From: an uncultured cyanobacterium
Lineage (GTDB): Bacteria; Cyanobacteriota; Cyanobacteriia; Cyanobacteriales; Nostocaceae
Direction of reading: 5' to 3'
Length of the DNA: 64,000 bases
Assembly (NCBI GenBank): GCA_963706595.1
Contig: OY970166.1
Location: 128,001-192,000, forward strand
Shown: piece by piece, positions 44,934-53,492 of the stretch
How the letters are laid out: each line of letters starts with the position of its first letter
Position numbering within the stretch: the first letter of the stretch is position 1
Notes under the pieces: generated by a model
What the model saw: only the letters and a program-made list of their open reading frames with translations
Database searches by the model: none
What the model was told of the DNA's origin: nothing
Position numbers and translations under genes: made by a program

Positions 44934-46358
44934 TTATGCACTTTGCTTGCGTAGTTGCTTACAGTTATAAAAACCAAATATCAGCCAAAATGCCAGAAAG
45001 AATGAGGTTAATAGCAAAATTGGTATGGGTCCAAAATTAACAATTAAAAGCGGTGCGGCGGCGGTAAATAAGCCTCCACCAACAATAGGTTCAAACAACA
45101 ATTGTTTATAAGCAAAACTCTCAAACGCACCAGAACGGTTATCTGGATCTACCATTCGCAACAGCAATAATCCCGTGGAAGTCACACCCATCGATTGTCC
45201 CATATCACCGATACCACGTTCAAACCAGTAAAAAGGTAGGAGATGGGGACCTAAAAATACAAAGGCACAGACATTCCACGTAATCCCAGCAACGGATATA
45301 ATCAGGAAAGGAGCAAGATTATCACCCAGTACAGACAGAGAAATACTTGCTAGGGCTGTGACAATTGTAATATCTAATGCCAGTCCGCCAATGTTCTCCA
45401 TCAGGGGACGGCTAATTAAATAGGTGCGTCTGGTACGCATAAGTATATACTGCACAATCATTCCCCCAATCAGGGCGATGGGGAATAGCGGCACGTAGGA
45501 AATCAGTTGTACTCCACCTCTACCCCAGGTGATTGATTCAATAAAACGCAAAGCTTCTAAAATTAGCCAGCCGAAAGCGATCGCTAGTCCGACAAAACCA
45601 AAGTTGAGTGATAATGGATCAATTAGTAAGTTACGGACTAAATTCTTTCTGGCAATTGTGACACTCGGTTCTTCTTCTGGTAGCTGATTCTCTGCATTTT
45701 CTAAATTATCTGACGCTTCACGACTGACTTGGATTTTTCCAGTTCTCCGTCCCCAGTGGATTAAAATTGTCCCGGAAACTACGCCAGAAACTAGCCCCAC
45801 TGTGGCTAAAGCTAAAGATAAATCGGGGCCGGCGGCAAAACCTAATTCTGTAAATGTTGCAGCCATTCCGGCTGATGTCCCGTGTCCCCCTTCAAAGGCG
45901 ACTTCAATTAAACAAGCCGCTATGGGCGGTAAACCAAAAACTGGTGTTAATATGGTGATTGTTAGTATTATTCCTACTACGTATTGACCCCAAGCAATGG
46001 ATTGACCTAAAGCCACTTGTGGGGCAGCTTTCCGCCAAAATTCACGCAATGTCGGCACATATTGACCGAGAAACAGGGTAGCAAAAACAATGTTAATAAA
46101 GATACCCGGAGACTGTGACCAAACCGCCTGGATATTTTCAGTAAATAGGCCTTGAACCAGAGGAGATTCGGGATTTACTGATTTGACAATTGCACCCAAA
46201 GCACCTTTACCCAGGAGTAAGGCCAGAATACCAGCAACAATTGAACTAGGTATGTAGAGCGATCGCAATATTCCCAGGCGCTGTCTAATCAACCGCCCCA
46301 CCAGGATTAATATAGCGATGAGAATATAAGCCCAGAAGACATCTATGAGTTTGAACAT
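44934..46358 (-). CDS. Sodium/glutamate symporter (GltS family)
   Basis: YIPSSIVAG, FEGGHGTSAG and GQSMGVTSTGLLLLRMVDP. Confidence 0.85.
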   Translation of the reverse strand: MFKLIDVFWAYILIAILILVGRLIRQRLGILRSLYIPSSIVAGILALLLGKGALGAIVKSVNPESPLVQGLFTENIQAVWSQSPGIFINIVFATLFLGQYVPTLREFWRKAAPQVALGQSIAWGQYVVGIILTITILTPVFGLPPIAACLIEVAFEGGHGTSAGMAATFTELGFAAGPDLSLALATVGLVSGVVSGTILIHWGRRTGKIQVSREASDNLENAENQLPEEEPSVTIARKNLVRNLLIDPLSLNFGFVGLAIAFGWLILEALRFIESITWGRGGVQLISYVPLFPIALIGGMIVQYILMRTRRTYLISRPLMENIGGLALDITIVTALASISLSVLGDNLAPFLIISVAGITWNVCAFVFLGPHLLPFYWFERGIGDMGQSMGVTSTGLLLLRMVDPDNRSGAFESFAYKQLLFEPIVGGGLFTAAAPLLIVNFGPIPILLLTSFFLAFWLIFGFYNCKQLRKQSA

Positions 46359-46466
46359 ATTTGTAACAGTTGCCTTTTGTATCTATTGATTCTCTATGAG
46401 TCTGAGCATCTTGGCAATAGCTGAGTATTTAGAGGTGCGATCGCTTATAAGTTTACAATTAGAAAA

Positions 46467-46572
46467 TAGTGCGGTTATCGGGTGAGTGAAATACAAGAAC
46501 CCCACCCCCAACCCCCTCCCCGCAAGCGAGGAGGGGGCTATGATGTAATTAATTCAAATGCATACCGCTATA
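46467..46572. repeat. MITE-like repeat with a CCCCCTCCCCGCAAGCGAGGAGGGGG hairpin
   Basis: GC-rich palindrome inside an element ending gcataccgctata. Confidence 0.55.
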
Positions 46573-46612
46573 GTCAAGAAATGAGTTGATATTAAGTTTG
46601 GAGAAACAATTT

Positions 46613-46843
46613 ATGTTAGGTCTAGACAATATTACATTTGACCCTGGCATTATGGGAGGACAAGCTTGCATTCGCGGGATGCGAATCCCGGTGTCTTTAG
46701 TGGTTAATTTAATAGCTAATGGGAAAATTGTAGAGGAAATTTTAGAAGAATATCCTGATTTAGAAGCAGAAGATATTCGTCAATCTTTATTGTATGCAGC
46801 GTGGTTGACTCAAGAACGGGTTTATCCCTTCAAAATTGCTTAA
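46613..46843 (+). CDS. DUF433 antitoxin (VapB45-like)
   Basis: ITFDPGIMGGQACIRGMRIPV...EILEEYPDLEAEDIRQSLLYAA. Confidence 0.9.
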   Translation: MLGLDNITFDPGIMGGQACIRGMRIPVSLVVNLIANGKIVEEILEEYPDLEAEDIRQSLLYAAWLTQERVYPFKIA

Positions 46844-46851
46844 TAAGTAAA

Positions 46852-46932
46852 ATGAGATTTTTGGCAGAATATAATTTAACTCTTATGCAGTCAGGCGATC
46901 GCCTTTCTTTGTACATTTTTATAAAAGTATAA
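46852..46932 (+). pseudogene. Stub of a DUF5615-type PIN toxin
   Basis: ATG 8 nt after the DUF433 stop, reading MRFLAE (cf. the MRFLAD start of these toxins), then losing similarity and stopping at codon 27. Confidence 0.5.
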
Positions 46933-47058
46933 TTTTATACTTTTGTCAATACCCTGATGCCAAAAAACTCAAATTAAGTTTGAGTAAAATTCAGCTTGAA
47001 AAAAGAGCATTATTTTCTATAATTTGGAAATATAATGATAGCGATCGCCACCATCAAA

Positions 47059-47100
47059 AAAGATCCCCGACTTCTTGAAGAAGTCGGGGATCTGAGCCTC
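47059..47100. repeat. 42-bp palindromic repeat, left copy
   Basis: aaagatccccgacttcttgaagaagtcggggatctgagcctc, 39/42 identical to 50997-51038. Confidence 0.9.
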
Positions 47101-47211
47101 TCGCTAGTGGCAAATCAGAGAGAATAGCTATATTTTTATGAGACAATAATATTAAAGTGATAACTTATAGCGCCTTTGCGTAAGGGTTAAAACATTTTAC
47201 AACTCTAGGCG

Positions 47212-47439
47212 TTATTCTGGCGATTGTGTAATATTCTCATCTTGGAATCCTGTAATTTTGGCATATAAACTGGCAACTGTTTCTTCAGCAAAGAGTTTTT
47301 CTTTAAGTTGCAAATAATCGCCTTCACTTAATTTACAGGTAGCCCAAAATTTCATTACCTTCGATGGTTCTAAGTGAGTGAGTAAAACCTGCATTACTTC
47401 TTGGATATTTTGTTGTTCGTTGATAACTTTAATTGTCAT
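47212..47439 (-). CDS. Small protein, putative antitoxin of the upstream PIN protein
   Basis: 75 aa, overlaps the PIN gene end by 11 nt, preceded by GAGG RBS. Confidence 0.7.
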   Translation of the reverse strand: MTIKVINEQQNIQEVMQVLLTHLEPSKVMKFWATCKLSEGDYLQLKEKLFAEETVASLYAKITGFQDENITQSPE

Positions 47440-47869
47440 TTCCTACCTCAAGAATAAAATTGTTTGGGTTGATTACTATGAGTGATAAATTATGACATCT
47501 GTTGATTAACCTCCTATCACAAGTGATAAGATAATCACTTTCAGAAGTCTCTGCACACGCTACATGAAGTGCATCAATAGGTTTAATTCCTTGTTGTTCT
47601 AGTTGTTCTGCTCTGTTTCTGATTTTTTCATCGACTAATACTCTGAATTTAGCTATTTCTAAGTATCTCGCCATTGATTGCTGATTGACACTAAAAGGGT
47701 TACGGCTATTTTCATATTCTAGAACTGAAGAGCTAACTAATTCTATTAATTTCGCTTCTACTGTTTGTAAAATTAAGATAACTGCTTGTGTTTCTAGAAA
47801 GATTTTTGGCTGTGTTTGGTCGTCAAATGGACGATTATAAATACTGGTATCTAGATAAACCCTGGTCAT
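47429..47869 (-). CDS. PIN-domain ribonuclease (VapC-like toxin)
   Basis: VYLDTS, IDALHVACAE and LITCDRRL acidic active-site motifs. Confidence 0.9.
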   Translation of the reverse strand: MTRVYLDTSIYNRPFDDQTQPKIFLETQAVILILQTVEAKLIELVSSSVLEYENSRNPFSVNQQSMARYLEIAKFRVLVDEKIRNRAEQLEQQGIKPIDALHVACAETSESDYLITCDRRLINRCHNLSLIVINPNNFILEVGNDN

Positions 47870-47970
47870 AAATATAGCTTTTTATAAAACTTTATCTTGA
47901 AAAAATCGCTTGCGTATGTATATTTTAAATCGTGCGATCTCTTGTACAATACCATCAATAATTTTTATAC

Positions 47971-49587
47971 TCAATTTTGTTGCCGGCAAGCTTCCCAATT
48001 TTTACGAACAGTAATAGTATTGGGATGATTGTCTCCCAGCAGGCGTTTACACAGTTCTAAAGCTTGGAGAAACAGGGGTTCGGCTTGGTCGTAACGTCCT
48101 TGGGAAAAGTAGAGATATGCCAAGTTGTTGAGGCTGGTGGCGACATCGGGATGATTCTCACCTAGCAGGCGTTTTCTCAGTTCTAAAGCTTGGAGTAACA
48201 GTGATTCGGCTTGGTCGTACCGTCCTTGGTCAGAGTAGAGATTTGCCAAGTTGTTGAGGCTGGTGGCGACATCGGGATGATTGTCTCCCAGTAGGCGTTT
48301 TCTTAGTTCTAAAGCTTGGAGTAACAGGGGTTCGGCTTGGTCGTACCGTCCTTGGGATTCGTACAATGATGCCAAGTTGTTGAGGCTTTGAGCGACATCG
48401 GGATGATTATCTCCCAGCAGGCGTTGACAGAGTTCTAAAGCTTGAAGATACAGGGGTTCGGCTTGGTCGTACAGTCCTTGGGAATCGTACAGTGATGCCA
48501 AGTTGTGGAGGCTGGAGGCGACATCAGGATGATTGTCTCCCAGCAGGCGTTTTCTCAGTTCTAAAGCTTGGAGAAACAGGGGTTCGGCTTGGTCGTACAG
48601 TCCTTGGGAATAGTAGAGGAATGCCAAGTTGTTGAGGCTTTGAGCAACATGGGGATGATCTTCTCCCAGCAGGCGTTTTCTGAGTTCTAAAGCCTGGAGA
48701 AACAGGGGTTCGGCTTGGTCGTACCGTCCTTGGGAATCGTAGAGTAATGCCAAGTTGTTGAGGCTGCTGGGTAAGTCTTTCTCTAAACCTAACTGTTTTT
48801 GCAGTTCCACGGCCTTGCTTAGATACTCAATTGCTAATTCTTGTTCTTTTTGGTAATCCTGACACTCACCCCGTTGCAGCCTTTTTATATAAATATTGCC
48901 TAAGCTAAAGTACAAAGTTGCTAAACTTGTATCTTTTTTACTTTGCTGTTCTGCATCTTGAATAAACTTTTTTAAATCTTCTATAGGTAATAAATAAGGA
49001 TTATCATCATCAAAATCAGGAATTTCATGAGAATTAAAAGCAAAACGAATTGGCTCTAATTCTTTACCAGAAATACTATTTTTCCTTCTTGAGACAAATC
49101 GAAAAACACCATTGCGCCAACTCCAAAAATCTGGTGCTTTATTTATCAAATTAATTAATATTTGGTTAGTCACCCACAAAACAATCGCAAAAGGAAATTC
49201 TCTTAATGCTTCTCTAGTCCACTGTAAGTAACCGAAAAAGATATCTTGTTCTGAACGCTCCTTCCCCAGTGGAAGAAAATAAAGCTGTTCTGCACCAGTC
49301 ACAGTAATTACTGCTGGTTTATGTTGACGCAAATACTCTTCATTTTTTACCAATTGAGAAATAGCAGCCGTCAAACTCGGTTCACCCCTCGCCAATGTCA
49401 CCCTATAAGTAGGAAACAGAGGTTGCAATTCCGCTTCATATTGAGCAATGATTTCATCACGAAAACTAGCATCATCACAAACAGCAATTAACAAATTTAA
49501 TCGATGTGCTTTAGCTTCGATGGAAACAACTAATTCATCATAAACATCTCTATGGTCGTCATTTACTAATAAATCTTCATTCAGCAT
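47971..49587 (-). CDS. TPR protein with a degenerate NTPase-like N-terminal domain and six 42-aa TPR units
   Basis: N-terminus lacks a Walker A (LLIAVCDD...LQWTREALREFPFAIVLWV...APDFWSWR). C-terminus has SLNNLA.LY..QGRYDQAEPL repeats. Confidence 0.88.
   Translation of the reverse strand: MLNEDLLVNDDHRDVYDELVVSIEAKAHRLNLLIAVCDDASFRDEIIAQYEAELQPLFPTYRVTLARGEPSLTAAISQLVKNEEYLRQHKPAVITVTGAEQLYFLPLGKERSEQDIFFGYLQWTREALREFPFAIVLWVTNQILINLINKAPDFWSWRNGVFRFVSRRKNSISGKELEPIRFAFNSHEIPDFDDDNPYLLPIEDLKKFIQDAEQQSKKDTSLATLYFSLGNIYIKRLQRGECQDYQKEQELAIEYLSKAVELQKQLGLEKDLPSSLNNLALLYDSQGRYDQAEPLFLQALELRKRLLGEDHPHVAQSLNNLAFLYYSQGLYDQAEPLFLQALELRKRLLGDNHPDVASSLHNLASLYDSQGLYDQAEPLYLQALELCQRLLGDNHPDVAQSLNNLASLYESQGRYDQAEPLLLQALELRKRLLGDNHPDVATSLNNLANLYSDQGRYDQAESLLLQALELRKRLLGENHPDVATSLNNLAYLYFSQGRYDQAEPLFLQALELCKRLLGDNHPNTITVRKNWEACRQQN
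48016..48771 (-). repeat. Six tandem 126-bp near-identical coding repeats
   Basis: Recurring ggttcggcttggtcgtac...gccaagttgttgaggct at a 126-nt period. Confidence 0.92.
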
Positions 49588-50869
49588 TAATTAACCTCCT
49601 ACGCCTCAAATTTTCTACAAGAATGGGGTGAACATCATACCAAGTTTCATCATTACGATATTCTAAAATATATAGCCCATGCAGTAATTCCAAAAATTCT
49701 TGCTGCTTTACGTCATCAGGCTCGAAATTATTATAAGTAGTTTTCAATATCTCAAAATCATCCCTTCCTAAACGGATAGAAAGGTCATTACGAATTTGCT
49801 TAATTGCTTGTTCTATAATTTGGTCATCAATTACAATTTTTTCTCCTGGCTTTTGCCTGATGAGTCGCAAACAAATACGACAACATACATTAGCCAGACG
49901 AATCAACTCCCTAAGAACTCCACCACTATAAACAACAATCTTCTCTGCGGCTGACCTGTCTATTAATTCATTAGCAATTCGTTTTTGTAACATTCCACAT
50001 AAAATATCTGCCGCTTCCCTTCGAGGCTCGGCATCAGGTAAGCGATTATTCCCCTTTCCAAAAATTTTGATCACAGGCATTACCAAAGTTTGGTAGTTGG
50101 TTTCTGCGTCAATAAGTGGCCAGAGAAAAGTGTCACACATGACCGCAATAGGGATAGTGTAGATAATCCGAAAATTAGGTTGAAACAGAGCTTTAATATT
50201 ATCTCGATAAATATCGTTAACTCTTACCAAATCTAGTTTATCTAAATCATCAATGATAACTATGCTCTCTTTTTGAGTATGAAGTTTAATCAGTGCAGCA
50301 ATTTCATTAATCCGAGCCACTAAATCGGATATTTTGCGTTCAAATTCCTGTGTTATTTCCTCCCTAACTTTTGCATTAGCTTTTAATTGAGCTTTCAGGA
50401 AAGTGAGCAAATTAAAACCTACCTCAAGTCCGCCCTCTACCTCTTCCTCTATAGTCCTAGTGCGATGTGCAAACCACCCATAAAGTTGATCTTTAGTAGT
50501 TTGAGGAATCTTGACTTGGCGTGCTTCTGCCTCATACATTAAATTAAGAGCAATAGCAAATAAAATATTGACATGATTTACAGCCGACATTTCAATAGTG
50601 TCAGCAATAGAGAATAAAACTACAAAATATTTGTCCTCAACTTGTCTACTAAACTCAGCTAATAGAGACGACTTTCCACAGCCCCGATGTCCAGTAAATA
50701 CAAACTTGCCATCACCATTAGGACTGTCTTCAACTAATTGACGTAAATCTGCTATTAAATCATCACCATAATCTACTCGAAATTGCTCCATTTCTCTCTC
50801 ATTCATCAATGGAAATAATTCGAGATTACTGTAAGCTTCCTGAAAAGATTTTAATAATTCGTTAGACAT
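49577..50869 (-). CDS. P-loop ATPase (STAND/KAP-like)
   Basis: Walker A GHRGCGKS, Walker B IVIIDDLD, SGGVLRELIRL, C-terminal WYDVHP. Overlaps the TPR gene start by 11 nt. Confidence 0.88.
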   Translation of the reverse strand: MSNELLKSFQEAYSNLELFPLMNEREMEQFRVDYGDDLIADLRQLVEDSPNGDGKFVFTGHRGCGKSSLLAEFSRQVEDKYFVVLFSIADTIEMSAVNHVNILFAIALNLMYEAEARQVKIPQTTKDQLYGWFAHRTRTIEEEVEGGLEVGFNLLTFLKAQLKANAKVREEITQEFERKISDLVARINEIAALIKLHTQKESIVIIDDLDKLDLVRVNDIYRDNIKALFQPNFRIIYTIPIAVMCDTFLWPLIDAETNYQTLVMPVIKIFGKGNNRLPDAEPRREAADILCGMLQKRIANELIDRSAAEKIVVYSGGVLRELIRLANVCCRICLRLIRQKPGEKIVIDDQIIEQAIKQIRNDLSIRLGRDDFEILKTTYNNFEPDDVKQQEFLELLHGLYILEYRNDETWYDVHPILVENLRRRRLINAE

Positions 50870-50996
50870 GGCGTATAACACAATAACATTTTTACTACTT
50901 ATTTATATTATGAGCTATCCAGCCCCAACTCAAAAAACTTTCCTCCATCTCTCTGCGCCTCTACGTGAAAAAAATACAGCACCCGCCAATTTTGAT

Positions 50997-51038
50997 AAAG
51001 ATCCCCGACTTCTTCAAGAAGTCGGGGATTTGAGACTC
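50997..51038. repeat. 42-bp palindromic repeat, right copy
   Basis: aaagatccccgacttcttcaagaagtcggggatttgagactc. Confidence 0.9.
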
Positions 51039-51050
51039 CCGGTGTTGGCA

Positions 51051-52430
51051 CTAAACGTTAACGGGTATACTCGCTCTTGTGACCTGAACTGTGGGTATCA
51101 TTTGCATCCCCGATGGTGCGGCTAAGGTGAGACCACGGCGCACGGGATACACAGGACGCTTGTTAACCAGAGATAATTGAAATTCTGACAAAATTGTGGC
51201 TAAAGCAATTTTCATTTCATACTGAGCAAAAGCCAAGCCTATACAACGCCGATTTCCACCGCCAAAGGGTAAGTATTCATAAGGGGAAAATTGCTTTTCT
51301 AAAAAGCGTTCTGGTTTGAATTGCTGTGACTGTGGGTAAACTTCTTCACGATGATGGGCTAAATATATACTGGGAATTATGATAGTTCCTACTGGCAATT
51401 GATAGCCCATAATTTCTACTGGGGTTTTCACAACTCTGGGAAATCCATTCCCCACAATTGGATAAATTCTCAACGTTTCTTGGCAAACTGCTGTTAAATA
51501 TGGCAATTTAGCAATGCTACTCGGTTCAGCATTCACACCCAGGGTTTCTAATTCCCGTTGTAATTTCTCTCGTACTTCTGGTAATTGTCCCAACCAGTAA
51601 AAAGCCCATGTTAATGCAGAAGCTGTAGTTTCATGTCCTGCAACTAACATTGTCATTAATTCATCGCGTAATTCAACATCTGACATTCCCTCGCCATCGT
51701 CATAACGAGCCGAAATCAATAAACTGAGAATATCTTGGCGATGTTGTCCAGATTCCGCCCGACGTTCTTTAATTAGACTATAAATTACTTGATCGATTTG
51801 CTGCAATAGCCGCACAACTCGCCCCCAAGGACTCCACGCACCTAAATCTTTTTGCATAAAACTAAAAAAGAAGGCGCTGGACATTAAAGGGGAACCCATG
51901 AAGTCTAGCAGGGATGTGAGTAACCGCCCCAATTCTCGAAAAACTGGCCCTTCATCCACACCAAATACTACTCGTAAAATCACGCGCATAGTGATTTCTT
52001 GCATTGAGGCGCGAATATTAAAAGGTTTGCCAATTGTCCATTCGTTACTAACTTGCTGTGTAATTTTGCGGATAGTTTCACCGTAAGCCCGCATCCTTTC
52101 CCCATGAAACGGTGGTGTTAATAATTGCCGTTGGCGCTGATGGCGATCGCCATCTAATATAATTACAGAATTATCGCCCAGCAAAAATCCTAAACCCCCG
52201 CCTCCTCCACCAGATCGAAAACAATTAACATTACTACTAAAAATCTGTTCTAGTGCTTGAGGATGGCTAAAATATACAATGTGCTTATCCCCTCGATTCC
52301 AAATGGTGAAGTTGTCACCATAAACTTGGGCAAAATCTTCTACATATTTCACCGGCTGAGTGATAAATTTAACCATCCGCAGATAGCGTGGTAATTTGGG
52401 ACCATCAGGTAAGTTGTAAGTTACTGTCAT
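51051..52430 (-). CDS. Cytochrome P450 (CYP110-like)
   Basis: AGHETT, ETLR, PERF and heme motif FGGGNRRCIG. Confidence 0.95.
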   Translation of the reverse strand: MTVTYNLPDGPKLPRYLRMVKFITQPVKYVEDFAQVYGDNFTIWNRGDKHIVYFSHPQALEQIFSSNVNCFRSGGGGGGLGFLLGDNSVIILDGDRHQRQRQLLTPPFHGERMRAYGETIRKITQQVSNEWTIGKPFNIRASMQEITMRVILRVVFGVDEGPVFRELGRLLTSLLDFMGSPLMSSAFFFSFMQKDLGAWSPWGRVVRLLQQIDQVIYSLIKERRAESGQHRQDILSLLISARYDDGEGMSDVELRDELMTMLVAGHETTASALTWAFYWLGQLPEVREKLQRELETLGVNAEPSSIAKLPYLTAVCQETLRIYPIVGNGFPRVVKTPVEIMGYQLPVGTIIIPSIYLAHHREEVYPQSQQFKPERFLEKQFSPYEYLPFGGGNRRCIGLAFAQYEMKIALATILSEFQLSLVNKRPVYPVRRGLTLAAPSGMQMIPTVQVTRASIPVNV

Positions 52431-52539
52431 AGGAGTTTGTTTGAAGTGACGGCTGCTGATTTTAATTTTTACGGGTTTTTCTGTGATTGGAGGCTACACA
52501 AAGCGGTATATTTAAGTAAGGCAGCCTCGGAAGTAAGCA

Positions 52540-52801
52540 TTGCCAAACATCATCTTTACCCTCAACGCTAAGGGAGGAGTCGGTAAAACGACTATGGCAG
52601 TTAATTTAGCTGCATAATTTGGGCAAAAAAACAAGTTTAATCTCATTGATGCAGATATTCAAGTTTCTGCCAGTTCATGGACGGGACAGAATTATAACTG
52701 AAGGGTGTCGCCATTGTTCAATGGCGAGGGAAAATGCACCGCAGGCGGAGTTAGTCTAATGCTGCGTGGCTGAGTAATTACAGCGTGATTGGAAAAAATA
52801 A
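52540..52801 (+). pseudogene. ParA/Soj-family ATPase pseudogene (internal deletion, stops, frameshifts)
   Basis: MPNIIFTLNAKGGVGKTTMAVNLAA*...LIDADIQVSASSW, then a decayed C-terminus (GVAIVQWRG...LQRDWKK*) whose TAA overlaps the next ATG. Confidence 0.8.
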
Positions 52802-53379
52802 TGGTTAAGAAACATCTATCTGACTTACTACAAGAAGAAGCGCAAAAGTTGATCCCACTGGAAAATCAATCTGTGATTGAGGTTAAAGCTGAGAAAGTTA
52901 CCGAAGAAAATACTTTAACAACAGATAAATTACCGACGCTGACACATAAACAGACTCCTCTCAAGGAAGCTATGTCTACTAATAATAATTTAGAAACCAC
53001 TATCCAAGAATTAAAACAAAATCTTGAAGAATCTCAAGATAAAGGAAAGGGCCTTCAAAAGCAAATTGTCGATTTACAATCAGTTTTGTATGAAAAACAG
53101 GTAATAATAGAACGACTGACCAAAGAACTACACGAAGCTAAACAAGACGCTTTACACCTTGCAGAAGCTAATTCTCAACTTATCGAAGAAAGTAAAGCAC
53201 CAACCCCAGTCAAAAATAATCAGCCTGCAATCCCAGAGAAAGAAAGCAAATCTGCTATCCAAGTCAAAGAAAAATATAACCCAGTTGGCTATAAAAAATC
53301 ACATCAAGTTCCTGAATATCTGCTAGAACGTCAGAAAGAAGGAGATAATTTTGCCGATAATACTTGGTTGTACGACTAA
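52801..53379 (+). CDS. Coiled-coil hypothetical protein (former ParA partner)
   Basis: MVKKHLSDLLQEEAQK, a heptad region and a C-terminal DNTWLYD. TAATG coupling to the parA relic. Confidence 0.75.
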   Translation: MVKKHLSDLLQEEAQKLIPLENQSVIEVKAEKVTEENTLTTDKLPTLTHKQTPLKEAMSTNNNLETTIQELKQNLEESQDKGKGLQKQIVDLQSVLYEKQVIIERLTKELHEAKQDALHLAEANSQLIEESKAPTPVKNNQPAIPEKESKSAIQVKEKYNPVGYKKSHQVPEYLLERQKEGDNFADNTWLYD

Positions 53380-53468
53380 CACCGCTACGCGAAAGTCAAA
53401 AGTCAAAAGTCAAAAGTCAAAAATTTGAATTCTTTCTGCTTGTAGAGACGGCGATTTATCGCGTCTCT
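53376..53468. repeat. (AAAAGTC)4 MITE end plus a GTAGAGAC palindrome
   Basis: ctaacaccgctacgcgaaagtcaaaagtc... resembles the reverse complement of 2410-2454, followed by gtagagacggcgatttatcgcgtctc. Confidence 0.7.
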
Positions 53469-53492
53469 CCCTTCCCCACATTCAAAATAAAT

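Noticed and set aside
48016..48771. TPR variability as a diversity-generating retroelement target
   Set aside because: No reverse transcriptase or template repeat is in the window. The AAC-AAC codons are almost invariant and the changes are not adenine-specific.
51051..52430. P450 as part of the ATPase-TPR cassette or of a biosynthetic cluster
   Set aside because: It lies outside the right-hand repeat, contains HIP1 like core genes, and has no neighbouring biosynthetic genes.
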